A stretch of DNA of 64,000 bases. It comes from an uncultured delta proteobacterium (lineage in GTDB: Bacteria > Myxococcota > Myxococcia > SLRQ01). The stretch lies in NCBI GenBank assembly GCA_963727485.1, contig CAVSGM010000001.1:1152001-1216000 (forward strand), read 5' to 3'. The notes beneath the pieces were generated by a model. The model made no database searches. It saw nothing but the letters and a program-made list of their open reading frames with translations, and was not told where the DNA came from. Numbering within the stretch: the stretch's first letter is position 1; each line of letters opens with the position of its first letter. Positions 47,157 through 57,645 of the stretch are shown piece by piece. The translations under genes were made by a program, and so were the position numbers.

Positions 47157-49724
47157 GTGGCCGGGCCGGGCGCCACCGACGAGGGACGGACCCGCGCGTC
47201 GAGGCCGGCGCCCCTGATGCTCGAGGGGTTGCCGGCGTTGGCGGCGCTCGCCGCCGACGTGTCCCGCAGCCTCGGTGAGGGGCCGGCGGAGGTGCTCCTC
47301 TACCGCCACGGGCATCGCCTCGGCCGGGCCATGGCCGTGACCCGGCCCGACGCCGCCGAGCCCCCCTCCATCCCCGGCGTGGCCGAGATCGACGCCGGCG
47401 GCCCCGAGGACGCGGCCGGGCGCGCCACCGGGCACTTCTCCCTGACCCCCGACGCCCTGCCGGCCATCGGGGGCCTGGTGGCCGGGTTCGTCGCGGGCTT
47501 CGCCACCGAGCGCGCCGGGGCCCCCCGGGTCTGCGTCGCCTCGCAGTCGGTCGCCGGCGCCTGGGGCTACCGCTGCGGTCCCCCCGAGGGGCTCGGCCCC
47601 GAGGGCGAGGCCCGGGCCGCCTGGCACCATCCCGAGGCGGTCCCCGTCGCCGCCGGGGGCGAGGTGCTCCAGGCCCGCAACGCCACCCTCGCCCGGCAGA
47701 ACGCCGACCTCCGGGCCGCCTTCCTCGATCGCACCGAGTTCCTCGCCGACGTCTGCCACGAGCTGCGCACCCCCACCACCCTGATCCTCGGACCCCTCGA
47801 CGAGCTCCTCGAGACCCCGGGGGCCATGGCTCCCGAGGCCCTCCGGGAGCGCCTCGGGGAGATGCGGCGGAGCGTGCTCCGGGTGATGCGCCTCGCCGAC
47901 TCCATCCTCGACCTCTCCCGTCTCGACGGGGGCCACCGGGGCCTCGCCCTGCGCCCGGTGTCGCTGGCCGCCTTCCTCGGCGACCTGGCCCAGGTCTTTC
48001 GCCGGGGCTTCGAACGCCGCCAGCTCACCCTGGAGGCCATCCTCCCCGAGGGGCTGCCGCCGGTCCCGGCGGATCCCGACGCCCTGGAGAAGATCGCCGG
48101 GAACCTCCTCTCCAACGCCATGCGCTTCACCCCGCCCGGGGGCCGGGTGACCCTGCGGCTCCGGCGCTACGGGGGTGCCCAGGTCATCGAGGTCGCCGAC
48201 ACCGGCCCGGGGATCGACGACGCCGACCTGCCCCACCTCTTCGAGCGCTACCAGCGGGCGTCCGCCGTCGACGACGACGGAGGCCTGGGCATCGGCCTGG
48301 CCCTGGTCCGGGAGCTGGTGGCCCGCCTCGGCGGCGAGGTGCAGGTCCACAGCGTCGTCGGCGAGGGCACCACCTTCCGGGTCTTCCTCGGGGAGTCCCG
48401 GGCCGCGGAGACCGGCGACCCGGTGGTCCGCGCCGCCCCCGGTGCCCACGCGGCGCTCCTCGCCGAGGCCGAGCCGACCGGTGCCGGCGCCGGCGCCGGC
48501 GCCGAGGCCCCGAGCCCGAGTCCGAGCCCGACCCCAGGCCCCGAGCCCCCGGCGAGCCGCCAGCGCATCCTCGTGGTCGAGGACAACCCCGAGGTCCGCC
48601 GCTTCCTGGTCCGCCTCCTCGGCGACACCTGGGACCTGGTCCTCGCCCGCGACGGCGTCGAGGCCCTGGCGAAGGCCGAGTCCACGCCCCCGGACCTGAT
48701 CCTCGCCGACGTGATGATGCCCCGGATGGACGGGCTCACCCTCACCAGCCGCCTCCGGGCCCGCCCCGGGACCCGGGACGTCCCGGTGGTCCTCCTCACC
48801 GCCCGGGGGGAGCTGGAGCACCGTCTCCGGGGCTTCGACGCCGGGGCCGACGACTACGTGATCAAGCCCTTCGCGGGCCGGGAGCTGGTGGCACGCCTCC
48901 GGGTCCACCTGGCCCTGCGCGCCGCCCAGGCCGAGCTCCGGGACTACGCCGGCCGCCTCGAGCGCCTGGTGGACGAGCAGGTCGGGCGCATCCGCGACCA
49001 GAACCGGCGCCTCGCCCGGGCCAACCGCGAGCTCGAGGACTTCCTCACCATCGCCAGCCACGATCTCAAGTCGCCCCTGGTGTCCATCGCCGGGTTCACC
49101 GCCATCCTCGAGGAGAGCCTGGGGGCGAGCTCGGCGCCGCCGGTGCGCCTCGCCCTCGACCGCATCGCCTTCAACATCGACTGGATGCAGCGCCTCATCG
49201 GCGGGCTGCTCTCCCTGGCCTCGGTGCGGGCCGGCGACGCGGCGGTGGCGCAGGTGGCGATCCCGGATCTCCTGGAGCGGGTGCGGCGGCGGATGCAGCC
49301 GGCGGTGGAGGCGGTGGGCGGGCTCCTCGAGGTCCACCCGGTGGCGGGCCGGTGCCAGGCGGACCCGGCGCGCCTCGAGGAGGCGCTGGCGAACCTGGTG
49401 GAGAACTCGGTGAAGTACCGGGATCCCAAGCGGCCCCTGCGGGTCACCCTCCTCGCCCGGCGCGCCGGCGACCGGCTCCACCTCGAGGTCGCCGACAACG
49501 GCCTGGGCATCGACGCCGCCCACCACGAGCGGGTGTTCCAGCCCCTCTTCCGCCTCGGGGGCGGGGTGGGGCAGGGGTCGGGGCTGGGGCTCTACATCGT
49601 TCGCCGGGTGATGGAGGAGGCCGGGGGCCGGGCGTGGGTCACCAGCACCCCCGGCGCCGGCGCCACCCTGCACCTGGAGCTGCCCGAGACCGGCGGCGAG
49701 GAGGCCCCCGATGCCCGGCCGTGA
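47157..49724 (+). CDS. Cytoplasmic hybrid histidine kinase: degenerate V4R-like sensor, HisKA/HATPase, REC, HisKA/HATPase
   Basis: CHELRTP, NLLSNA, DTGPG; VEDN..ADVMMP..IKPF; SHDLKSP, NLVENS, DNGLG, GSGLGL. Start uncertain. Confidence 0.9.
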   Translation: MAGPGATDEGRTRASRPAPLMLEGLPALAALAADVSRSLGEGPAEVLLYRHGHRLGRAMAVTRPDAAEPPSIPGVAEIDAGGPEDAAGRATGHFSLTPDALPAIGGLVAGFVAGFATERAGAPRVCVASQSVAGAWGYRCGPPEGLGPEGEARAAWHHPEAVPVAAGGEVLQARNATLARQNADLRAAFLDRTEFLADVCHELRTPTTLILGPLDELLETPGAMAPEALRERLGEMRRSVLRVMRLADSILDLSRLDGGHRGLALRPVSLAAFLGDLAQVFRRGFERRQLTLEAILPEGLPPVPADPDALEKIAGNLLSNAMRFTPPGGRVTLRLRRYGGAQVIEVADTGPGIDDADLPHLFERYQRASAVDDDGGLGIGLALVRELVARLGGEVQVHSVVGEGTTFRVFLGESRAAETGDPVVRAAPGAHAALLAEAEPTGAGAGAGAEAPSPSPSPTPGPEPPASRQRILVVEDNPEVRRFLVRLLGDTWDLVLARDGVEALAKAESTPPDLILADVMMPRMDGLTLTSRLRARPGTRDVPVVLLTARGELEHRLRGFDAGADDYVIKPFAGRELVARLRVHLALRAAQAELRDYAGRLERLVDEQVGRIRDQNRRLARANRELEDFLTIASHDLKSPLVSIAGFTAILEESLGASSAPPVRLALDRIAFNIDWMQRLIGGLLSLASVRAGDAAVAQVAIPDLLERVRRRMQPAVEAVGGLLEVHPVAGRCQADPARLEEALANLVENSVKYRDPKRPLRVTLLARRAGDRLHLEVADNGLGIDAAHHERVFQPLFRLGGGVGQGSGLGLYIVRRVMEEAGGRAWVTSTPGAGATLHLELPETGGEEAPDARP

Positions 49725-50271
49725 GATCGCCCTCTTCGGCGGGTCCTTCAACCCGCCCCACCTCGGCCACCTCTTCGTCCTCACCCAGGTGCTGGCCACC
49801 GAGCCGGTGGACGAGGTGTGGCTGGTGCCCACCCACACCCACGCCTTCGGCAAGGACCTGGCGCCGTTTCCCCTGCGGCTGGCCATGTGCCGGGCGGTGG
49901 CCGAGCTCTTCGGCGACCGGGTGCGCGCCTGCTCGGTGGAGGGGGACCTCGCCCGGCAGGGGCGGGAGAACCGCACCGTCGACACCCTGGAGCACCTCGC
50001 CTCGGCGCACCCCGACAGCCGCTTCGCCCTGGTCCTGGGCACCGACCTCCTCGACGAGGTCGACCGCTGGAAGCGCCCCGACCGCCTCCGGGACCTGGCG
50101 CGGTTCATCGTGGTCAACCGCGCCGGCTTCGAGCGCGCCGACGCCGGTCCGGTGATCCCCGATGTGTCCTCCACCTGGATCCGCGCCGAGCTCGCCCGGG
50201 GCGGCGACGTCTCCCGCTTCGTCCCCCGGGCGGCCCTGGAGCTCATCGCCCGGGAGGGGCTCTACGGGTAG
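49711..50271 (+). CDS. nadD: Nicotinate-nucleotide adenylyltransferase
   Basis: FGGSFNPPHLGH, TVDTL, LGTD, VSSTWIR. Confidence 0.93.
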   Translation: MPGREIALFGGSFNPPHLGHLFVLTQVLATEPVDEVWLVPTHTHAFGKDLAPFPLRLAMCRAVAELFGDRVRACSVEGDLARQGRENRTVDTLEHLASAHPDSRFALVLGTDLLDEVDRWKRPDRLRDLARFIVVNRAGFERADAGPVIPDVSSTWIRAELARGGDVSRFVPRAALELIAREGLYG

Positions 50272-50376
50272 GCCGGGCGGCGCCCGGCGGCGCGGCCCCG
50301 GCGACGATCCCCGCCCCCGTCGCCACCGTCTTGTTGGTTGCATCCGGGCGGCGTTCTGGGGATCCTCCGCGCCGGC

Positions 50377-51214
50377 ATGACCCCCCTCGTCTTCACCCTC
50401 CTCGTCGCCGTCGGAATCCTTCGGGGCCGGGTTCCTGGGGAGCCTGGTGGGCATGGGCGGGGGCGTGGTCATCGTGCCCATGCTGGTGGTGCTCATGGGC
50501 ATCGACGTCCACTACGCCATGGGCGCGGCCCTGGTCTCGGTGATCGCCACCTCGTCGGGGGCCGCCTCGGCCTACGTGAAGGAGGGCTTCACCAACCTGC
50601 GCATCGGGATGTTCCTGGAGGTGGCCACCACCCTCGGCGCCCTGGTCGGGGCCACGTTGGTGCAGTACCTCCCAGCAAGGATCATCGCCCTCATCTTCGG
50701 GCTCTTCCTCGCCTACACCACCTGGTCGAGCCTCCACCCGCCGCCCGACGGGGCCATCACCGAGCCGGTCGATCCCCTCGCCGAGCGCCTCAAGCTGCGG
50801 GGCCACTACCCGACCGCCGAGGGGCCGCAGGCCTACCACGGCCGGCGGGTGCTCGGCGGCTTCGGGGTGATGTTCATCGCCGGCAACCTCTCGGGGCTGC
50901 TGGGCGCCGGCGCCGGGGCCTTCAAGGTCATCGCCATGGACCAGGTGATGCGCCTGCCCTTCAAGGTCTCGACGACCACCAGCAACTTCATGATCGGCGT
51001 CACCGCCGCGGCGAGCGCCGGCATCTACCTCTCCCACGGCTACATCGACGCGGCGCTCGCGGCGCCGGTGACCCTGGGGGTCCTCGGGGGGAGCTTCCTC
51101 GGGGCGCGGATCCTCCCCGGCGCCAAGAGCCACCGCCTGCGCCTCCTCTTCGCCGCGGTCACCGCCGTCCTCGCGGTGGAGATGATCCTCCGGGGCGTGC
51201 GAGGTGGCCTGTGA
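50377..51214 (+). CDS. TauE/SafE (TSUP) exporter, frameshifted at ~50416
   Basis: GSLVGMGGGVVIVP, SVIATSSG, FKVSTTTSNFMIGVTAAAS; N-terminal MTPLVFTLL is in another frame. Confidence 0.85.
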
Positions 51215-51609
51215 GCGCTCGCCCGGCCCTCGAGGAGGAGGCGGAGCTCCACCGGACCGAGGTCCTGGTCTCCACGGTGCTGCGCATCGGGGTGCTGGTC
51301 TCGGCGGCCCTGGTGGCGGTGGGCCTGGGGATCCACCTCGCCCGGGGCGGCACCGATCCGAAGATCTTCGATCACTTCTCCCGCGTCCCCTTCGACCTCG
51401 AGCACCTCGGGGGGATGGCGAGGGGCATCGCCCACCTCCGGGGGCGATCAATCATCCAGCTGGGGCTCCTGGTGCTCATCGCCACCCCGGTGGTGCGGGT
51501 GGCGATGTCCGTGGGCGTGTTCCTCCGGGAGCGGGACGGGACCTACATCGTGATCACGCTCATCGTCCTCGGGGCGCTCCTCTTCAGCCTCACCGCCAGC
51601 CTGAGGTAG
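51211..51609 (+). CDS. DUF1634-family membrane protein
   Basis: VLRIGVLVS and IIQLGLLVLIATPVVRV; usual partner of this TSUP subfamily; GTGA overlap. Confidence 0.85.
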   Translation: MSARPALEEEAELHRTEVLVSTVLRIGVLVSAALVAVGLGIHLARGGTDPKIFDHFSRVPFDLEHLGGMARGIAHLRGRSIIQLGLLVLIATPVVRVAMSVGVFLRERDGTYIVITLIVLGALLFSLTASLR

Positions 51610-51806
51610 GCGGGCGCCACCCGACCCGGGACCGGGCGGGATCCGCCTGCCGGGGTGGCCACCGCCCCGGGCTTGACCGCCCCGGTGGTGCAAGGGCTGC
51701 AGCGTTTGGGCGGTGCGGCTGCGCCGCCAGGGCGACAAGGTCCCCAGGACCGGGCCGGCCGGGACCCCACCGGCCCCGAAACCGCCCCCGCGCGGGCCCC
51801 CGCGGA

Positions 51807-51821
51807 TGGCACCGCCCTTGC
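51807..51821 (+). promoter_or_regulatory. Sigma-54 -24/-12 promoter of the efflux operon
   Basis: TGGCAC-CGCCC-TTGC, a full consensus match, 38 bp before the ATG, which has a GAGGAGG RBS. Confidence 0.8.
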
Positions 51822-51858
51822 GTCCGGTAGGGGCAATTGCGCCACCGAGGAGGCGACC

Positions 51859-53178
51859 ATGAAGCGCCCAGGCGTCGAGACGCCAAGCCACAACGGCGGC
51901 CCGCCCCCAGCCGGTCCGGAGGGGGTCCCGGCCGGGAGGATCCCGCGACCGGCGTTCGAGGCGCCGGGCCCGGACGCCCAGGTCCTCACCGCCCTCGACC
52001 TCGACACCCCCCGGGCTCGCGGGCGCCGGCGCCGCCGGTGGCTCATCGCCGCGGCGGTGGTCGTCGCCCTCGCCGGGGGCACCATCGCCGTCGTCCGCCT
52101 CACCCGCCCCAAGCCGCCGTCGTACCAGACCGAGGCCGTGCGCCGGGGGGCGCTGACGGTCACCGTCTCCGCCACCGGCACGGTGCAGCCGCGCAACGTG
52201 GTGCAGGTGGGCGCCGAGATCAACGGTCGCGTGGACCGGGTCCTGGTGGACTTCAACGACCGGGTGAAGAAGGGCCAGGTCCTCGCCCGCATCGACACCG
52301 ACCAGCTCCAGGCGCGCCTCCAGCAGGCCCGCGCCCACCTCGTCGCCGCCCGGGCCGCGGTGGTCCAAGCCCGGGCCACCGCCGCCGAGGCCGACACCGT
52401 CCTCGCCCGGGCGAAGGCCCTGGTGACCAGCGGCAGCGCCGCCACCCAGCAGCAGGACACCGCCACCGCCGCCGCCGCCCGGGCCCGGGCCGCGGTGGCC
52501 ACCGCCCGGGCCAACGTCACCGTCGCCCGGGCCGAGGTCGACGCCGCCCAGACCGCCCGCGCCAAGGCCACCATCCGGGCCCCCATCGACGGCATCGTCC
52601 TCACCCGGACCGTGGAGCCCGGCCAGACGGTCATCGCCGCCCTCCAGGCGCCGGTGCTCTTCGTCCTCGCCGAGGACCTCGACCACATGGAGCTCGACGT
52701 GCAGGTGGACGAGGCCGACGTGGGCAAGGTGGCCCCCGGGCAGCACGCCACCTTCACCGTGGACGCCTGGCCCGGCACCACCTTCGACGCCACGGTGGAG
52801 GCAGTGCACAACGCCCCCACCACGGTGCAGGGGGTGGTGACCTACGAGGCGGTGCTGGCGGTGGCCAACGACAAGCGCCTCCTGCGGCCGGGGATGACCG
52901 CCACCGCCACCATCGTCACCGACACCCGGGAGAACGCCCTCCTGGTCCAAAGCGCCGCCCTGCGCTTCGTGCCCCCGGGGGTCACCGAGGATCTCGAGGC
53001 GCGCCGGGAGGACCGGGTCTACGTGCTCCGGGACGGGGCGCCGGCGCGGGTCCCGGTGAAGGTCGGGCCGAGCGACGGCGAGCGCACCGCCCTCGAGGGG
53101 GACGCCCTGAAGCCCGGGGACGAGGTGGTCCTCGACGTGGTCCGCGCGGCCCGGAAGCCGGCGAGGACGCCCCCGTGA
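51859..53178 (+). CDS. MacA-like periplasmic adaptor (membrane fusion protein)
   Basis: VSATGTVQP..VGAEING..VDFNDRVKKGQ, IRAPIDG, VDEADVG, LRPGMTA. Confidence 0.92.
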   Translation: MKRPGVETPSHNGGPPPAGPEGVPAGRIPRPAFEAPGPDAQVLTALDLDTPRARGRRRRRWLIAAAVVVALAGGTIAVVRLTRPKPPSYQTEAVRRGALTVTVSATGTVQPRNVVQVGAEINGRVDRVLVDFNDRVKKGQVLARIDTDQLQARLQQARAHLVAARAAVVQARATAAEADTVLARAKALVTSGSAATQQQDTATAAAARARAAVATARANVTVARAEVDAAQTARAKATIRAPIDGIVLTRTVEPGQTVIAALQAPVLFVLAEDLDHMELDVQVDEADVGKVAPGQHATFTVDAWPGTTFDATVEAVHNAPTTVQGVVTYEAVLAVANDKRLLRPGMTATATIVTDTRENALLVQSAALRFVPPGVTEDLEARREDRVYVLRDGAPARVPVKVGPSDGERTALEGDALKPGDEVVLDVVRAARKPARTPP

Positions 53179-53941
53179 CCGGCGCGCCCCTCATCCGCCT
53201 CGAGGGCGTGTGGAAGACCTACGGCGAAGGCGACATCGCCGTCCACGCCCTCGCCGGCATCGATCTCGCCGTGGACGACGGGGAGTTCCTGTCGATCATG
53301 GGCCCGAGCGGCTCCGGGAAGTCGACCTGCATGAACATCCTCGGCTGCCTCGACGTGCCGACCAGCGGCCACTACCGGTTCCGGGGGGTGGAGGTGGGTG
53401 AGCTCGACCGGGACCGCCTGGCGCTGCTCCGCCGTCACTACCTGGGCTTCGTGTTCCAGGGCTACAACCTCCTGCCGCGGACCAGCGCCCTGGAGAACGT
53501 GGAGATGCCGCTGCTCTACCGGGGCTTCTCCGCCGGCGAGCGCCACCGCCTCGCCCGGGCCGCCCTGGAGGCGGTGGGCCTCCTCGACCGGGCCCGGCAC
53601 ACCCCCGGCGAGCTCTCCGGGGGCCAGCAGCAGCGGGTCGCCATCGCCCGGGCCATCGTCACCGAGCCGGCGGTCCTCCTCGCCGACGAGCCCACCGGGA
53701 ACCTCGACACGGCCAAGAGCCTGGAGCTCCTCGGGCTCCTGGGCCGCCTCAACCGCGACCGGGGGATCACCATCGTCATGGTCACCCACGAGCCCGAGCT
53801 CGCGGCGCTCACCCACCGGATCGTCGGCTTCCGGGACGGGCAGGTGATCGCCGACGGGGCGCCTCCGCCGCCGACCCCGGGGCTGCCGGCCACCGGGGGG
53901 CCGCCGACGCCGGGCCCGTCGTCCCCCGAGGAGGCCCGCTG

Positions 53942-53942
<1 letters not shown>
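53175..53942 (+). CDS. ABC ATP-binding subunit (MacB/LolD family)
   Basis: [32 protein letters not shown]. Confidence 0.93.
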
Positions 53943-55147
<1,205 letters not shown>

Positions 55148-55279
55148 ACGCCCGGTGGCCGTGCCGCCGGAACCTCCGGTAGACCGTTCTGCGTCTCCAA
55201 CACCTGGGCTTGACCCGGTTTCGCGGACTCCCTCAGGCCATCATCGCCTGATCTCGGGTGTCCACCAAACCGGGGCAGG

Positions 55280-55580
55280 CCCACGCGTGAAGGTCGTCTT
55301 GGTGTGGGACTCTACCTCCACGTGTTCCGCTACGGGCACGAACCCGGACACTGGGGGGTCGATTTGCACTGCTTGGTCCTCCGATACGCTCGACGCAGAC
55401 ATGGATCTCCAGGTCTATGATGCGAACAATAACTTGGTCGCCCAGTCGGACTCGTACGACAACAACTACGAAACCGTTGATGTGCCCGTGACGCAGGGGG
55501 AGAGCCTGTACTTCCGCATCCACCTGTACCAAGCAAATGCGACGTGGACCTACCTTTCGTTGGCGTTTTATCGCTACTAG
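55280..55580 (+). pseudogene. Probable 5'-truncated gene remnant resembling the C-terminal beta-sandwich of secreted (S8-type) peptidases
   Basis: RVKVVLVWDS..DMDLQVYD..SDSYDNNYETV; lower GC; no convincing start, signal peptide or catalytic domain. Confidence 0.5.
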
Positions 55581-55595
55581 CCGGTGAGGTGCACC

Positions 55596-56486
55596 ATGTT
55601 GAAGAATGGCATGCAGTTCGCACTCATTCTCTTGTTTGGAGTGGCCGCAGCGTGTGGCTCGGCGGCGGCGGCGGATCCGGCGTACGTCACAGCCGTCCAG
55701 GCGGCCGTGACCGAGGCCACCGGGCCCTGTAGCCGGGGAATCGTCGTGAGCGGCCAGATCTCCTTCGATCTCTCGAAGATGGCGGAGGCGGGGCACACCA
55801 TCGTGTGGTCGACCGACGCTGGGAGCTTCAGCGATCCTGGCGCTTGGCGTACGACGTGGACTGCTCCGGCCGCGGCCGGCACCGCTACGCTGAAGGTCAC
55901 CGTCCTCCAAGGCGACCAGACGCTCTACACCCATCACTGGGGCGTTTCCGTCCTGGCGACCCAGGCGGATCTCGACGCCTACGTGGCGAGCTGCAAGCCC
56001 CCGCCGACGTCCCTGCCGCCGCTGACAACCGTCGCCACCACCAGCAATCCGGCGACGGGGCTCACGGTCACCCTGCAGGCCAGCGCCACCCACGTCGCCG
56101 TCGGCGGCTGGTTGACGACCAGCCTCACCGCCACCAACGACGGCAGCAGCGACGTGACCGTCCTCGACTGCTACCGCGACACCTACCACGTGTACCTGCG
56201 CCAACCGGATGGCACGGAGCTCGGCCAGGCGAACTGCGACGCGCCCGCGGTCTACTGCGCCGGCAATACCCTAACGCTGCACCCGGGGGACAGCATCGAG
56301 GCGCAGGTGCCCCACGAGCTGCGCTTCGGCGCGAGCGCCACCGGCTGCGGCAACGTCGGTCCCTCCATGGGCCTCTCGGTCACCGCCGACGCCGGGACCT
56401 ACGACCTCGTGGCGGCGGTGGACCTGCCGCCGTCGGGCTCGGGCAAGGACGTCGAGGTCAAGGCGACACTCCAGGTCGGGCCGTAG
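55596..56486 (+). CDS. Lipoprotein with two Ig-like domains
   Basis: GAGGT RBS; lipobox AAAC-GS; IVWSTDAGSF..TTWTAP and LTATNDGSSDVTV..LTLHPGDS..GTYDLVA. Confidence 0.78.
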   Translation: MLKNGMQFALILLFGVAAACGSAAAADPAYVTAVQAAVTEATGPCSRGIVVSGQISFDLSKMAEAGHTIVWSTDAGSFSDPGAWRTTWTAPAAAGTATLKVTVLQGDQTLYTHHWGVSVLATQADLDAYVASCKPPPTSLPPLTTVATTSNPATGLTVTLQASATHVAVGGWLTTSLTATNDGSSDVTVLDCYRDTYHVYLRQPDGTELGQANCDAPAVYCAGNTLTLHPGDSIEAQVPHELRFGASATGCGNVGPSMGLSVTADAGTYDLVAAVDLPPSGSGKDVEVKATLQVGP

Positions 56487-56733
56487 GCAGCGCGCGGCGC
56501 TCGGGCCATTGGCAAACTGCTCTGCGTCCTTTGCGCCACCACGGGCCACTTGGCCGTCGGGCGGGAGCGTTGCGGGAGGCCTTCTCGCACGAAGCTCGCC
56601 ACGCTTTCGCAATTCCAGCTCCCACCCCATGCCAGCAGTCCGAAGGACAGCCCGCCGCGCGCCACCTGTTGGACGCGGTCCCACATCACATCAAACGGCA
56701 CAGGTGGGCCTGCGCCGGTTTGGTGGGTAGCCC

Positions 56734-57637
56734 CTACCGGTGCCGCTTGAGGACCCGGCGCACCGCCCGGCTGTCGCCGCCGCGCCGGTCCACCAGGTCG
56801 GCGGAGCGCTCCACCAGGGCCCGGTAGAGGTCCCGGGCGGTTGCCGGGAGGCCGGCGAGGGCCTCGAGGTGGGCCTCGATCACCTTGGCGTCGCCCCGGG
56901 CCACCGGGCCGGTGAGGGCCGCCGCCGGGTCGCCGGTGCGGGCGAGGTTCGCCAGGCTCCCCCGGGCCAGGGCCGCCAGCCCGTCCACCGCGTCGGCGGG
57001 GTCGAGGCCCGCGGCGGCGGCGATCTCCAGGGACAGATCCATGAGGGCCACCAGGTGCCCGGCGGCGGTGACCGCCGCGGCGTGGTACCGGGCCCGGACG
57101 TGGGGGCCCGCCGGGAGGGTCACCGGGCGCATCTTCAGGCCCCGGGCGATCCGGGTGAGGGCGGCGCGCACCCCGTCGTCCCCGTCGACCACCGCCAGCG
57201 AGCCGGGGAAGGCCTCGGCGGCCTTCCGGGGATCGGAGAACGCCTGGAGGGGGTGCAGCGAGCCGGTGCGGGCGCCAGCGGCGGCGGCGGGCGCGAGCGG
57301 CGAGAGGTCGAGGCTCCCGGAGCAGTGGGCCACCACCTGCCCCTCGGTGAAGCGGCCCTCGCCGGCGAGGCGGTCGCGAGATCTCGGCCACCGCGTCGTC
57401 GGGGACGGTGAGGAGGACGAGGTCGGCGGTGGCGATGGACTTGGGGAAGCGCGCCGAGGCCGCGGGGGCGCCGGTCCGGCGGCGGGCGCGGCGGGCGGCG
57501 GTGGGGGTGCGGCTCCAGGTGCCCAGCACCCGGATGCCCAGGCGGGGCAGGGCGACGGCCAGCCCGGTTCCCACCCGGCCGGCGCCGATCACGAAGGCGC
57601 TGCGCACCCTCGGTGCGGCCGGTGCCGAACGGGCCAT
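56734..57637 (-). CDS. Rossmann-like/DUF2520 oxidoreductase (PanG-like), frameshifted at ~57379
   Basis: IGAGRVG, LLTVPDD in one frame; VAHCSG, SLHPLQAF, YHAAA, ALTGPVARGD in the next. Confidence 0.85.
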
Positions 57638-57645
57638 GGCGGTGC

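Noticed and set aside
56505..56560. GGCAAAC and GGACGCA fragments suggestive of a c-di-GMP-I riboswitch or REP-like repeat
   Set aside because: The elements are on opposite strands, lack the GAAA-capped stem, sit between convergent gene ends, and have no second repeat arm.
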